From Chloroflexota bacterium (GTDB taxonomy: Bacteria; Chloroflexota; Limnocylindria; P2-11E): DNA of 64,000 bases. Shown here piece after piece: positions 18,100 through 27,795 of the stretch. How positions within the stretch are numbered: position 1 is the stretch's first letter; each line of letters opens with the position of its first letter. Position numbers and translations under genes: made by a program. The DNA lies in assembly GCA_005881885.1 (NCBI GenBank), contig VBDX01000133.1, forward strand, positions 15,461-79,460, in the 5' to 3' direction. Under the pieces are notes generated by a model. The model had not been told where the DNA came from and did no database searches. It worked only from the letters and a program-made list of their open reading frames with translations.

Positions 18100-20520
18100 C
18101 TAACTCCGGATCGTGGCTCCCAGGGCCTGTTGCAGCCGTCCGGCGACGCGCTTGACCAAGCGGTCCACGTCCTCTTCGCCAAGCGTGGCCGTCGCTCGGC
18201 GAAGCACCAGCCTCACCGCGAACGACTTCTTCCCTGCCCCGATCTGCGGGCCGCGATAAAGGTCGACGAGCGCGATGGACCCAAGGTCTGTTCCGCCGGC
18301 TGCGCGAATTTCGCGTTCGACGTCGCGATAGGGCGTGGCCTCGTCGACCACGATCGCGAGGTCCCGAAGCGCGGCCGGGAAGCGCGGCGGTGCGATGACC
18401 CGGGGCGGCCGGGCCGCGTCCAGCCACGAGGAGAGGTCGATCTCCGCAATGAAGGTCTCCGCCGGGAGCTCCCACTTCGCCGCGACTCGGGGGTCGAGCT
18501 GGCCGGCGACAAGGTGCCGCCGGCCGTCGTGGGCGAACGCGAGCGATCGTCCCGGGTGCAGTCCGGGTGCGTCCACCTGATCACCGGCCGTCTGGACGTC
18601 AAGGAGATCCGCGAGCGCGAGGACGTACCCCTGTAGATCGCGCACGTCCCAGGGCCGCTCCGGAGTGAGCCAGGTCTCGCCGTCGCGCACCGGCTCGGCG
18701 TTCCCCGCGAGGAGGATCCCGATCGTCCACCGCTCGTCGGGAAGGTCGCCGCGCTGGGGAAGATAGAGAGGAGCGATCTCGAAGATGGCGACCCCGGCGC
18801 GATTTCTTAGATTTCGTCGCGCCGTGTCCAACAGGCTCGCCCGAAGGGTCGGGCGTGCGGCCGACTGCGCGACGGTCGTCGGGTTGATGACGCGCAGCGG
18901 CTCGGGTGCGATACAGGATCCATCCGCCGTCAGCATCCCGAGCCACGCCGGATCGATGAGTGAATAAGAGAGCACCTCCTGCAGCCCGAACCCGGCCAGT
19001 CCATCGCGCGCCCGCTCGCGGAACTCCTGAAGCGGGTGCCGCTCGTGCAGCGGGAGGGGACCATCGGGGACGCGCACCGGGAGGCGGTCGTATCCGGCAA
19101 TGCGCCCGACCTCTTCGACGATGTCTTCGGCGATGGCGATGTCCGTTCGCACCGCAGGGGGTGTCGCGACGAGCGTGTCGCCGTCTGCCGCGGCGACGAA
19201 TTGGAGCCGGCGGAGGATATCGAGCGTCTCCTCAGGTCCGATCTCGATCCCAAGCACGCGTGGGATGTCGGAGAAGCGCATGCGGACGTTGACCACCCCG
19301 CGGCGTTTGGGGTAGCGGTCCATCACTCCGCTCACCTCGGCCCCGGCATGCTCGCGGAGCAGACGGACGGCGCGCGCGAGCGCGACCGGAACGAGATCGG
19401 GCGAGAGCTCCCACGAAAAGCGGCGCGCCGCGGCGCTCCCAGCCGAGCCGTGGAGCCCGAGGTTCGCTGCCGTCCGTCCGATGCCGCGCGGTTCGAACGA
19501 GGCGCACTCGAGGGCGACCGTCGTGGTGTCCTCGCGGATCTCCGAATCCTCGCCCCCGAGGATGCCGGCAACGCCGAGCGCGCGGTCCGCATCCGCGATC
19601 ACGAGAGTGTCGTCGTGGAGCACCCGCTCGACGCCATCGAGTGTGCGGAGCGTCTCGCCGCGACGCGCCCTTCGCGCGACGAGCAAGCCGCCACGCAGCT
19701 TGCGATGGTCGTACGCATGGAGCGGCTGGCCGAGCTCGAGCATCACGTAGTTCGTGATGTCGACGACGTTGTCGATGGGGCGCATACCCGCCGCGATCAG
19801 GCGCTGCTGGATCCAGGTGGGCGACGCCCCGATGCGTATCCCGGTGAGGAGCGCCGCCGCGAAACGCGGACAGGCGACCGGGTCCTCGATACGCACATCG
19901 AGGTCCCTGCTCGTCCTCTCCGGCAAGCGGTCGACCGGCGGCTCGCGCAGCCCAGTGGCGAGGATCGCCGCGACCTCGCGCGCGATCCCGACCACGCCGA
20001 GACAATCCGGGCGGTTCGGCTGAAGCTCGAGCGCCAGGATCGTCTCGCCGAGAACGTCCCGCAGCCGTGCTCCCACCGGAAGCTTTCGATCGAGAACCTG
20101 AATGCCGTCGTGATCCTCGCCTTGGCCGAGCTCCTTCGCCGAGAGCACCATGCCCTCGCTCTGAATGCCCCGCATCGGCTTCCCCCGAAGCGTCGTCCGC
20201 TCGCCGGTGTGCCCATCGATGATCTGCGCGCCTTCGTCGGCGAACGGCACGATGTCGCCGACGGTGAGATTCGTCGCACCGGTGACGACGGTCTTGGGAC
20301 GGTCCTCTCCGTATTCGACGGTCGCGAGCTGCAGCTTGTCCGCATTCGGATGCTTTGCGAGCTTGGAGATCCGCCCGACCCGGACTTTGTCGTCCCACCA
20401 CGGCCGTTCGACGCCCTTCACTTCGGTGCTGGACATGTGCAGCCGCAGGGCGAGCTCGTCGATGGGCACGCTGATGTCGACGTACTCGCGCAGCCACGAG
20501 ACAGGCATCTTTATCAACAT
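18100..20520 (-). CDS. pheT: Phenylalanyl-tRNA synthetase beta subunit
   Basis: 'MLIKMPVSWLREYVD ...' B3/4, B5, tRNA-binding and ferredoxin-fold anticodon-binding domains. ATG at 20520 overlaps the pheS TGA (ATGA); the upstream 80 aa of the track ORF are rejected. Confidence 0.9.
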   Translation of the reverse strand: MLIKMPVSWLREYVDISVPIDELALRLHMSSTEVKGVERPWWDDKVRVGRISKLAKHPNADKLQLATVEYGEDRPKTVVTGATNLTVGDIVPFADEGAQIIDGHTGERTTLRGKPMRGIQSEGMVLSAKELGQGEDHDGIQVLDRKLPVGARLRDVLGETILALELQPNRPDCLGVVGIAREVAAILATGLREPPVDRLPERTSRDLDVRIEDPVACPRFAAALLTGIRIGASPTWIQQRLIAAGMRPIDNVVDITNYVMLELGQPLHAYDHRKLRGGLLVARRARRGETLRTLDGVERVLHDDTLVIADADRALGVAGILGGEDSEIREDTTTVALECASFEPRGIGRTAANLGLHGSAGSAAARRFSWELSPDLVPVALARAVRLLREHAGAEVSGVMDRYPKRRGVVNVRMRFSDIPRVLGIEIGPEETLDILRRLQFVAAADGDTLVATPPAVRTDIAIAEDIVEEVGRIAGYDRLPVRVPDGPLPLHERHPLQEFRERARDGLAGFGLQEVLSYSLIDPAWLGMLTADGSCIAPEPLRVINPTTVAQSAARPTLRASLLDTARRNLRNRAGVAIFEIAPLYLPQRGDLPDERWTIGILLAGNAEPVRDGETWLTPERPWDVRDLQGYVLALADLLDVQTAGDQVDAPGLHPGRSLAFAHDGRRHLVAGQLDPRVAAKWELPAETFIAEIDLSSWLDAARPPRVIAPPRFPAALRDLAIVVDEATPYRDVEREIRAAGGTDLGSIALVDLYRGPQIGAGKKSFAVRLVLRRATATLGEEDVDRLVKRVAGRLQQALGATIRS

Positions 20521-21575
20521 CAGAACTGCTCCAAGTACCGCAGGTCGTTCTGATAGAAGAGCCGGATGTCCGGCGCGCCGGTGCGCAGCATCGCGAGTCG
20601 TTCGATCCCGCCACCGAACGCGAAGCCCTGGTAGCGCTTCGGGTCGTAGCCGACCCGCCGCAGGACGTCGGGGTGGACCATGCCGCAGCCGGCGGCCTCG
20701 ATCCAGCCGTCGCCACCGCACACCCGGCACTCCGGATCGCGACCTTCGCAGCTGAAGCAATCGAACGCGATCTCCGCCGATGGCTCGGTGAACGGGAAGT
20801 AGTCAATGCGGAAACGGATCTTGCGGTCGCTCCCGAAGATCTGCCGTGCGAACGAAAAAAGCACACCCTTCAGGTCGGCCATCGTGAGCTTCTCATCGAT
20901 GGCCAGACCCTCGTACTGGAAGAAGATCGACTCGCGGATCGCGTCGGTCGCTTCGTAGCGATAGCAGCGTCCGGGTATGACGACCCGGACCGGGGGCCTG
21001 CGCTGCTCCATCACACGGATCTGCATCGGTGAGGTGTGCGTCCGACCGAGGAGCGGACGCGACGGGTCATCCCCGAGCGGATTCGAGATCCAGAGCGTCT
21101 GCCACTTCTCGCGCGCGGGGTGTCCCGGCGGGATGTTGAGCGCCTCGAAGTTGTAGTAGTCCCACTCGATCTCAGGCCCTTCGACGGTCTCGAAACCCAT
21201 CGTCGCGAATACGCGAGACACCTCGCGTACGGTCTGCGAGATGGGGTGCAGCCGGCCGACGCGGACCCGCCGCGGCGGGAGGCTCATGTCCTCGCGCTCG
21301 CCGCCGAGGTCTCGGGCGACCCTGGCCTCGCGCAGCGCGCGGGTCCGCTCCTCGAGGGCGCGCTCGATGCGGAGCTTGCCTTCGTTGACCGCCGCGCCGT
21401 AGGCCGGCTTCTCGCCCGGAGGAAGCTTGGCGATGCGCTTCGTCGCCTCGCTCAAGGCGCCTTCCTTGCGACCCAGGTACTTCACGCGCGCAGCTTCGAG
21501 CGCGGCGTCGTCCGCGGCGCCAGCGATCTCAGCGACCGCCCGGTTCGCGAGCTCTCTCAGTTCTTCGCCCGGCAT
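20520..21575 (-). CDS. pheS: Phenylalanyl-tRNA synthetase alpha subunit
   Basis: Class II core motifs (FPFTEPSAEI, GWIEAAGCGMVHPDVL). ATG at 21575 preceded by GGAGAGG. Confidence 0.9.
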   Translation of the reverse strand: MPGEELRELANRAVAEIAGAADDAALEAARVKYLGRKEGALSEATKRIAKLPPGEKPAYGAAVNEGKLRIERALEERTRALREARVARDLGGEREDMSLPPRRVRVGRLHPISQTVREVSRVFATMGFETVEGPEIEWDYYNFEALNIPPGHPAREKWQTLWISNPLGDDPSRPLLGRTHTSPMQIRVMEQRRPPVRVVIPGRCYRYEATDAIRESIFFQYEGLAIDEKLTMADLKGVLFSFARQIFGSDRKIRFRIDYFPFTEPSAEIAFDCFSCEGRDPECRVCGGDGWIEAAGCGMVHPDVLRRVGYDPKRYQGFAFGGGIERLAMLRTGAPDIRLFYQNDLRYLEQF

Positions 21576-21849
21576 CGTCACCTCTCCAGAGAACACAACG
21601 CCCGCCGTTCGTCTCGGGACGAAGGCGGGCCTCCGCGGTACCACCCGTGTTCCCTCCTGAGGTCGCGCTCCGCGCGAAACCTAGGGAGGACGCTCGGTCG
21701 AGGCTCTATCGGGCCTCAGGCGGGCCGGCTTTTCTGCCGGTCGGCTGAGGAGCGAATTCCCGCATCGTCGGCGCGACCGCTTTCACCCGCTCCGGTCTCT
21801 CTGGTGCGCCGCGTTACGCGGTACTGCTCTCCGTCTTCGCCTTATCGCG

Positions 21850-22218
21850 CTAGCTCGATGACTTTTTCGACTTCTCTTTGATGAGATCGACATAGTGCCG
21901 AAAAACCTTGGGATCCCGGATGGCCATGTCGGCGAGGACCTTGCGGTCCAGATCGATCCCCGAGAGCCGGAGGGCGTTCATGAGCCGGCTGTAGGAAACG
22001 CCCGCCTCGCGTGCGGCGGCGTTGATCCGCGCGATCCAGAGCGCGCGGAACTGGCCCTTTCGGGCACGGCGATCCCGGTACGCATAGCGCAACGCGTGCA
22101 TCGCGGCTTCGCGCGCCGGACGGACGAGCTTGTGCTTCGAGGCGCGGCGGCCTTCGGCCTGCGAGAGCAGCTTCTTGTGCTTCTTGTGTGCGGCAACGCC
22201 GCGCTTCACTCGTGACAT
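21850..22218 (-). CDS. rplT: 50S ribosomal protein L20
   Basis: MSRVKRGVAAHKKHKKLL ... canonical L20. Confidence 0.95.
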   Translation of the reverse strand: MSRVKRGVAAHKKHKKLLSQAEGRRASKHKLVRPAREAAMHALRYAYRDRRARKGQFRALWIARINAAAREAGVSYSRLMNALRLSGIDLDRKVLADMAIRDPKVFRHYVDLIKEKSKKSSS

Positions 22219-22222
22219 CGGG

Positions 22223-22432
22223 TCAGCTCCTTACCTTGAGGTTAGGCAGCAGCTTGCGGACGAGCTGGAGATCGCCCTTGGCGACGAGCGCCTTGCCCGC
22301 GTGACGGCGCTTCCGGGACGGGCTCTTGTGCTGGTTGAGGTGGCCCTTGTACGCCTTCGACCGCCGGAGCTTGCCGCGACCGGTGAATTCGAAGCGCTTC
22401 TTGGCACCGCTATGGCTCTTGATCTTGGGCAC
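22223..22432 (-). CDS. rpmI: 50S ribosomal protein L35
   Basis: MPKIKSHSGAKKRFEFTGRGK ... canonical L35. Confidence 0.9.
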   Translation of the reverse strand: MPKIKSHSGAKKRFEFTGRGKLRRSKAYKGHLNQHKSPSRKRRHAGKALVAKGDLQLVRKLLPNLKVRS

Positions 22433-22481
22433 GCTGAACGACCTCCGGTCCTTGCGTGGTGTGAAACGTCGATTCTATGTG

Positions 22482-23210
22482 CTAAGCGGGCCGCTGCGCG
22501 CGGGGCGGCGCCGGCGGCCGGGACGCGGGCGGTCGAGCGCTCGCGGGTGGGGGCGTCGGACCGGGCCGCGGCGCCGAGGCTGCCGCTGGAGCGGGCCGGG
22601 CTGGAGTCACCGCCGGAGGTTTGGTCGCGCCGGAAGGCGTGGCCGGAGGCGGCGGCCCGGCTGCGGGCCGCGGCGGCGTTGAGGGCGCGACGGCATCCCG
22701 ACGCAACGCGTTCATGACCATGCTCATCGAGCGACCCTCCAGTAGCGGTGGGCGCTCGACGGTCCCGTGCTCCTTCAGGCGGTCGCCGATAGATAGGAGC
22801 AAGGTCCGGCCGCGTTCGGGATGGGCCAGCTCGCGCCCGCGAAAGCGCACCGTGACCTTCAGCTTGTCACCTTCATCGAGGAACTTCGCGGCCGAGCGGA
22901 TCTTTGTCCCGATATCGTGCTCGTCGATCTTCGGCGAGACCCGGATCTCCTTCCAGATGACGGCCTTCTGCTTCTTCTTCGCGTCCTTCGCCTTCTGCTG
23001 CAGGTCGTAGCGGTACTTCCCGAAGTCGCCCATACGCGCGACCGGCGGCTGCACGTTCGGCGCGATCTCGATGAGGTCGTACCCGTCTTCCTGCGCCTTC
23101 GCGAGCGCGCGCGCGGTGGGGATGATGCCCAGCTGCTCGCCGTTGGGGCCGAGAAGGCGAACGGTCGGAACACGGATCGCCTCGTTGATCCGCAGTTCGG
23201 GCGCGGCTAT
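22482..23210 (-). CDS. infC: Translation initiation factor IF-3, apparently starting on a non-canonical ATA codon and carrying a ~65-aa Pro/Ala-rich C-terminal tail
   Basis: In-frame translation upstream of the track's 23054 GTG gives 'IAAPELRINEAIRVPTVRLLGPNGEQLGIIPTARALAKAQEDGYDLIEIAPNVQPPV' (IF3 N-domain). An in-frame TAG lies 36 nt upstream with no ATG/GTG/TTG in between. GAGG sits 9 nt before the ATA at 23210. Confidence 0.7.
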   Translation of the reverse strand: MAAPELRINEAIRVPTVRLLGPNGEQLGIIPTARALAKAQEDGYDLIEIAPNVQPPVARMGDFGKYRYDLQQKAKDAKKKQKAVIWKEIRVSPKIDEHDIGTKIRSAAKFLDEGDKLKVTVRFRGRELAHPERGRTLLLSIGDRLKEHGTVERPPLLEGRSMSMVMNALRRDAVAPSTPPRPAAGPPPPATPSGATKPPAVTPARPAPAAASAPRPGPTPPPASARPPASRPPAPPRAQRPA

Positions 23211-23293
23211 AGGGAGACCTCGGTTATTGGCGTGTGAATGCCGCTAGCAGCGCGGCCGCTCCCCGTGAGAGAACTTCAAGTGCGACGAGCATA

Positions 23294-24427
23294 TCACCGG
23301 GCAAGGTACTCAAGCAGGCGTTGGCGAACGCTTGGCCACTCATCTTTGGTGATGCCGAAGATCACGCTGGTGCGTAGCGTCCCATCCGGAAGGATGCGCT
23401 CGTTCCGGAGCTCGCCTTCTTTCGTGGCGCCGAGGCGCGCGATCGCCGTTTGTGACCGTTCGTTGCGTTTGTCGGTCTGGAGCCACACGCGATTGGCATC
23501 CAGCGTTTCAAAAGCGTGACGGAGCAACAGCAGCTTGCATTCGGTGTTCACCGGCGTTCGGCGCGCGCCTTTCCCGTAGAGCGTGTAACCGATCTCGAGC
23601 GTGTGGTTGGGCGGATCGATATGCGCGTAGCGCGTGGTCCCGACAAGCGTGTCATCCGAGTTGCGGATCACGGCGAATGGCAGCTGGGTGCCGAGGATCT
23701 GCTGGTCGAGCGCCCAGCGGATGTATCTCCTACAGCCCTCGACGCCCCGCGGCCGGGGCTGCATCCAGAGCCAGATTTCGTCTTCATCCCCCGCCTCGAA
23801 GAGCGCGGGGGCGTGCTCCATGCGGAGGGGGGCGAGCCGGACGTGCTCGCCCGCGAGAGTCACCGGCCGGGGGTCGAAGTCCGGACGCGGCCGGCCCTTC
23901 ACGATGGCCATCTTGACGTCATCGACGAAGCCGTCCTCGGTGCCGACGCCGTCGCGCTCGATCCCTTCGACCTCGAACCCGACGGCCTTGTACATCGCGA
24001 TCGCGCGGTCGTTGAAGCTCACCACGGAAAGCCCCACCCGATGCAGGTCGAGGTCGTCGAACAAATAGCGGATCAGAGTCGTCAGCGCGTCACGGCCCAA
24101 GTGCCTGCCCCACAGATCCGGCTCGCCGATCCCGATCCCGATCTCCGCGCTCCGGCCCTTCGGATGGTGATCGCGATAGTTCGCGAAGCCGATCGGGCGG
24201 CCCTCGTGTTCGAGGACCCAGCACGCGGAGTCGCCGGGCCGCGACATCCGCTCGATCCATTTGCGAGCGTCCGCTTCGTCGAACACGCCTCGCGTGCGGG
24301 CCCATTGGTAGTGACGGAAATCGGGGTTGCTCCCCCACTTCATCAGGAGCGGCGTGTCCGCAGAGGTCATCGGGCGAAGCACGACACGCTCGCCGCGTAG
24401 GAGCGGAACCGCCGCGACGGTGGTCAT
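23294..24427 (-). CDS. Tandem GNAT-family N-acetyltransferase (two acetyltransferase domains)
   Basis: Two RimL-like GNAT halves (each ~170 aa). Start abuts the thrS stop. Confidence 0.7.
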   Translation of the reverse strand: MTTVAAVPLLRGERVVLRPMTSADTPLLMKWGSNPDFRHYQWARTRGVFDEADARKWIERMSRPGDSACWVLEHEGRPIGFANYRDHHPKGRSAEIGIGIGEPDLWGRHLGRDALTTLIRYLFDDLDLHRVGLSVVSFNDRAIAMYKAVGFEVEGIERDGVGTEDGFVDDVKMAIVKGRPRPDFDPRPVTLAGEHVRLAPLRMEHAPALFEAGDEDEIWLWMQPRPRGVEGCRRYIRWALDQQILGTQLPFAVIRNSDDTLVGTTRYAHIDPPNHTLEIGYTLYGKGARRTPVNTECKLLLLRHAFETLDANRVWLQTDKRNERSQTAIARLGATKEGELRNERILPDGTLRTSVIFGITKDEWPSVRQRLLEYLAR

Positions 24428-26298
24428 CCGCCGAGCGAGTCGGCGACAGAGGGGCCGTGGGGACCGAAGTCTGGTGGGAGCGCTTTGGTGTCGCGTTCGT
24501 TCGCCAATCGAGCGATCACCTCGTCGAGCTTCACGCCGCGTTCTTCTTCACCCTGGGCCGCACCCCGGCGGCGGACGGACACCGTTCGTGCCGCCGCCTC
24601 CTTATCCCCGACGACCAGCATGTACGACGCCTTCCGCTGCTGCGCCTCTTTGATCCGCGTCCGCAGATCACCCGCCTGTTCGTCGAGATGGACGCGGAGG
24701 CCTGCGCCTCGAAGTGCGGTCGCCAGCTCCTCCGCGTACGGCCGCGCGGACTCGCGTACCGGGATGATCGCGGCCTGCTCCCAGTTGAGCCAGAGCGGGA
24801 AGTTGCCGGCGAAGTGCTCGATGAGTCCGCCGACGAAGCGCTCGAGGCTGCCGAAGAGCACGCGGTGGATCATCACCGCGCGTTCGCGCTCGCCCTTCTC
24901 GTTGACGAATGTGACGTCGAAACGCTCGGGCAGGTTGAGATCGATCTGGATGGTCGGCCCCTGCCACTCGCGGCCGATCGCATCCATGACCTTGATATCG
25001 ATCTTCGGCGCGTAGAAGACCCCGCCGCCCTCGTCGACGTCGTACGGGACTTCGCGAACGCCCAGCGCGTCCGCCAGCGCCTTCTCCGCCTTGTCCCATT
25101 GCTCGTCCGTGCCGAGCCGTCGTTCCGGGCGCGTCGACAGGTAGACCCGCGGATCGCGGTACCCGAACGTCTGGAGGAATTCCATCGCGAGGTCGAACAC
25201 CTTCCCGATCTCCGCCTGCGCCTGGTCCCACGAGCAGAAGATGTGCGAGTCGTCCTGCGTGAACCCGCGCACCCGCAGCATTCCGTGCAGCGTTCCGCCG
25301 CGTTCGTAGCGGTATACCGTGCCGAGCTCGCCGATGCGCAACGGCAGCTCGCGGTAGCTGTGGATCTTCGACTGGAAGACCTTGATGTGTCCGGGGCAGT
25401 TCATCGGCTTGATCCAGAAGCGGGCGGGGGGGCGCTGCCCCCCAGTCGCCCCGGCCGAGTCGTCCAGGAGCAGCGGGCCGTACATGTTCTCGCCGTACTT
25501 CTCGAGGTGGCCCGAGCGCTGGTAGATCTTCTCGTGCGCGATGTGCGGCGTATAGACCAGCGTGTAGCCGCGCTCGCGATGGACCTTGCGCCACCAGTTC
25601 TCGAGCTCCTCACGAACGATCGAGAGGTTCGGGAGCCAAAGTACGAGGCCCGAGCCGAGCTCCTCGTCAATGCGGAAGAGCTCGAGGTCGCGGCCGAGCG
25701 CGCGATGGTCGCGACGCTCGATCTCCTTGAGCTTTTCGAGATACTCGTTCAGCTCCTTCTCGGTCGGCCAGACCGTCCCGTAGATGCGCTGCAGCTGAGG
25801 GTTGCGCTCGTTCCCGCGCCAGTACGCGCCGGCCACCGAGAGGAGCCGGAAGGCGCCGATCTTGGAGGTGCGCTCGACGTGCGGCCCGCGGCAGAGGTCG
25901 ACAAAGTCAGCGTGCTCGTAGATCGAGACGGAGCCGTTCCGCAGCTCGACCTGCTCATCCGCCTTGTCCAGCTTCTCGATCTGCTCGACCTTGTAGTCCT
26001 GGTGACGCTCGCGAAAGAAGTCGAGCGCCTCGGGCACCGGCATCTCCCGATGTTCGAAGGGCACGTCGCGTTTGGCCATCGCCCGCATGCGCTCCTCGAT
26101 GCGCGGGAGATCCTCGTCGGTGAGCGCTCGAGGGAGATCGAAGTCGTAGTAGAAGCCGTCCGCGACGGGCGGACCGAACCCGAACTTCGCGTCGGGAAAG
26201 AGCTCCAGGACCGCACCGGCCATGACGTGCGCGGTCGAGTGCCGGAGCGCGTAGAGCGCTTCGTCGCCGTGGTCGGGTTTGCGTTCCGTCTTGGCCAT
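24424..26298 (-). CDS. thrS: Threonyl-tRNA synthetase (short form lacking the N-terminal TGS domain)
   Basis: Editing-domain HxxxH 'HSTAHVMAG', class II catalytic and anticodon-binding domains. ATG at 26298 (MAKTERKPDHGDE). Confidence 0.9.
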   Translation of the reverse strand: MAKTERKPDHGDEALYALRHSTAHVMAGAVLELFPDAKFGFGPPVADGFYYDFDLPRALTDEDLPRIEERMRAMAKRDVPFEHREMPVPEALDFFRERHQDYKVEQIEKLDKADEQVELRNGSVSIYEHADFVDLCRGPHVERTSKIGAFRLLSVAGAYWRGNERNPQLQRIYGTVWPTEKELNEYLEKLKEIERRDHRALGRDLELFRIDEELGSGLVLWLPNLSIVREELENWWRKVHRERGYTLVYTPHIAHEKIYQRSGHLEKYGENMYGPLLLDDSAGATGGQRPPARFWIKPMNCPGHIKVFQSKIHSYRELPLRIGELGTVYRYERGGTLHGMLRVRGFTQDDSHIFCSWDQAQAEIGKVFDLAMEFLQTFGYRDPRVYLSTRPERRLGTDEQWDKAEKALADALGVREVPYDVDEGGGVFYAPKIDIKVMDAIGREWQGPTIQIDLNLPERFDVTFVNEKGERERAVMIHRVLFGSLERFVGGLIEHFAGNFPLWLNWEQAAIIPVRESARPYAEELATALRGAGLRVHLDEQAGDLRTRIKEAQQRKASYMLVVGDKEAAARTVSVRRRGAAQGEEERGVKLDEVIARLANERDTKALPPDFGPHGPSVADSLGG

Positions 26299-26560
26299 CG
26301 CTGTTCTCCTCTCGTCCAAACAAAAAGGCCCTCGTCCTCTTATTTCTGGGACGAGAGCCCTGGCTCCCGCGGTTCCACCCGCATTCCGCCTCGTGGCGGC
26401 ACTCATATCCGCGGTACGGGGCGGACCCACGTCGCTCGGCGGCGGTCTCTCCTATCCATTGACCGGCCGGCTCGCACCTTATCCGGCTCTCTGAACGGCC
26501 CTGCGCTGGAGCGGTGTCCGCGTCGTCGCGAGGCACAGATGATAGCGCGGGATTGAGCCG
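26299..26560 (-). promoter_or_regulatory. T-box riboswitch leader of thrS (T-box motif + intrinsic terminator/antiterminator)
   Basis: On the minus strand: 'GCGGGUGGAACCGCGGGAG' matches the T-box consensus AGGGUGGNACCGCG. It is followed by hairpin GGGCUCUCGUCCC-AGAAAUAAGA-GGACGAGGGCC + UUUUUGUUUGG ending ~25 nt before the thrS ATG. Confidence 0.6.
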
Positions 26561-26580
26561 GCCTTGACGCCGCATTGACG
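26552..26580 (+). promoter_or_regulatory. Triple direct-repeat operator-like element (ATTGAGC-cggc-CTTGACG-ccgc-ATTGACG, 11-bp periodicity), ~50 nt upstream of the Gfo/Idh/MocA-epimerase-flippase genes
   Basis: Seen directly in sequence; one of six copies of the same architecture in this window. Confidence 0.55.
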
Positions 26581-26628
26581 GCGGCTCCCGCGACCGGCCA
26601 CGCTGGTGCGCGACGGTCGCGGCGCCTC

Positions 26629-27795
26629 ATGCCGGGGCACAGCCGGCCTCAATCCACCGGCGATTTCAATAGACGTTCCGTGATCCACTCGGCGGCGCCG
26701 CGGCTCGACATCGCGGTCATCGGTTGCGGCGCGGCGGCCGAGGGCCTCTATCGGTACGCCCTCGGAGCGCTAGAGTCCCGCGGCATCGCTCGCGTCGCAG
26801 CGCTCGTCGACCCCAATCCCGTGCGGACCGCTGCGCTCCAACGACACTTTCGCGCGGCTAGAACCTTTGCCGATCCCGCAGACGCGTTCGCATCGGTAGC
26901 CGTCGACCTGGTGATCGTGGCGTCGCCGCCGGGGATGCACGCGCAGCACACGGTCGACGCCTTGGCCGCCGGCAGCCATGTGCTCTGCGAAAAGCCCATG
27001 GCGATCGGTGCCCCCGATGCCGAGCGGATGGTCGCCGCGGCCCGCGTGGCGCGGCGCATCCTCGCGGTCGGGATGACGCGACGGATGTATCCGTGTCTGG
27101 TCGAAGCGCAGCGACTCATCGCGCAGGGCACGCTCGGTGATCGACTGCGCTTCACGTACCGCGAAGGGCGCGTGTACGACTGGCCCGTCAACAGCGACGC
27201 GGCATTTCGTCGAGCGACGGCCGGGGGCGGCGTCCTCACGGACATCGGTTCGCACGTTCTTGACTTCTTGAGCGCGCTCTTCGGTGCGACGACCGCCACG
27301 AGCTACGCGGATGACGCGCACGCCGATGGCGTCGAGACGAACTGCCGGATCGAGGTCGTCTGCCCTGAGGCGAGCGGCGTCGTGCAGCTGTCCTGGAACC
27401 AGCCGCTCGTGACGAGGCTCCGCATCACGGGCTCGGCCGGAGAGCTAATGCTCGACCCCGGTCGGATCGACGCGCTCCGCGTACGGCGTGGCGGCGGCAC
27501 CTGGGAAACGCGGATCAGCACGGCGACGTGGCCGTCCGACCTCGCGACGCGCGGCCGCGGCGATACCCCGCGGACCCACCGGGACTGCGTCTACCACCAG
27601 CTCGTGCAGGTGTTGAGAGCCGTGACACACGGAGAGGATGTGCCGGTCGATGGCGAGCGGGGCCTCGCCGTCATCCGCGCGATCGATTCCTGCTACGAGC
27701 GCGCGACATCGTTCGAGCTCCCGTGGCTGGACGCGGCCGAGCGGTCGCAGGCCGACGCGCGTCACTGGACCCGGCGGCGATGCGCGGCGGCATAG
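26629..27795 (+). CDS. Gfo/Idh/MocA-family NAD(P)-dependent oxidoreductase (sugar-nucleotide dehydrogenase-like)
   Basis: N-terminal Rossmann 'LDIAVIGCGAAAEG', 'EKP' motif 'LCEKPMA'. Start uncertain (ATG 26629 or GTG ~26671). Confidence 0.8.
   Translation: MPGHSRPQSTGDFNRRSVIHSAAPRLDIAVIGCGAAAEGLYRYALGALESRGIARVAALVDPNPVRTAALQRHFRAARTFADPADAFASVAVDLVIVASPPGMHAQHTVDALAAGSHVLCEKPMAIGAPDAERMVAAARVARRILAVGMTRRMYPCLVEAQRLIAQGTLGDRLRFTYREGRVYDWPVNSDAAFRRATAGGGVLTDIGSHVLDFLSALFGATTATSYADDAHADGVETNCRIEVVCPEASGVVQLSWNQPLVTRLRITGSAGELMLDPGRIDALRVRRGGGTWETRISTATWPSDLATRGRGDTPRTHRDCVYHQLVQVLRAVTHGEDVPVDGERGLAVIRAIDSCYERATSFELPWLDAAERSQADARHWTRRRCAAA

Noticed and set aside
18100-20760. 80-aa N-terminal extension of pheT and similar long GC-rich N-terminal extensions on tyrS, thrS, mpg, the ATP-grasp, deacetylase and GT4 ORFs in the track
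   Set aside because: Conserved protein starts coincide with ATGA/GTGA overlaps to the upstream gene and with Shine-Dalgarno sequences. The extensions are Arg/Pro-rich noise.
19232-20866. 544-aa ORF antisense to pheT/pheS
   Set aside because: Arg/Gly/Ala-rich shadow ORF opposite two universally conserved genes.
24457-26556. 699-aa plus-strand ORF antisense to thrS
   Set aside because: Shadow ORF of a GC-rich gene; it would run straight through the T-box leader; no domains.
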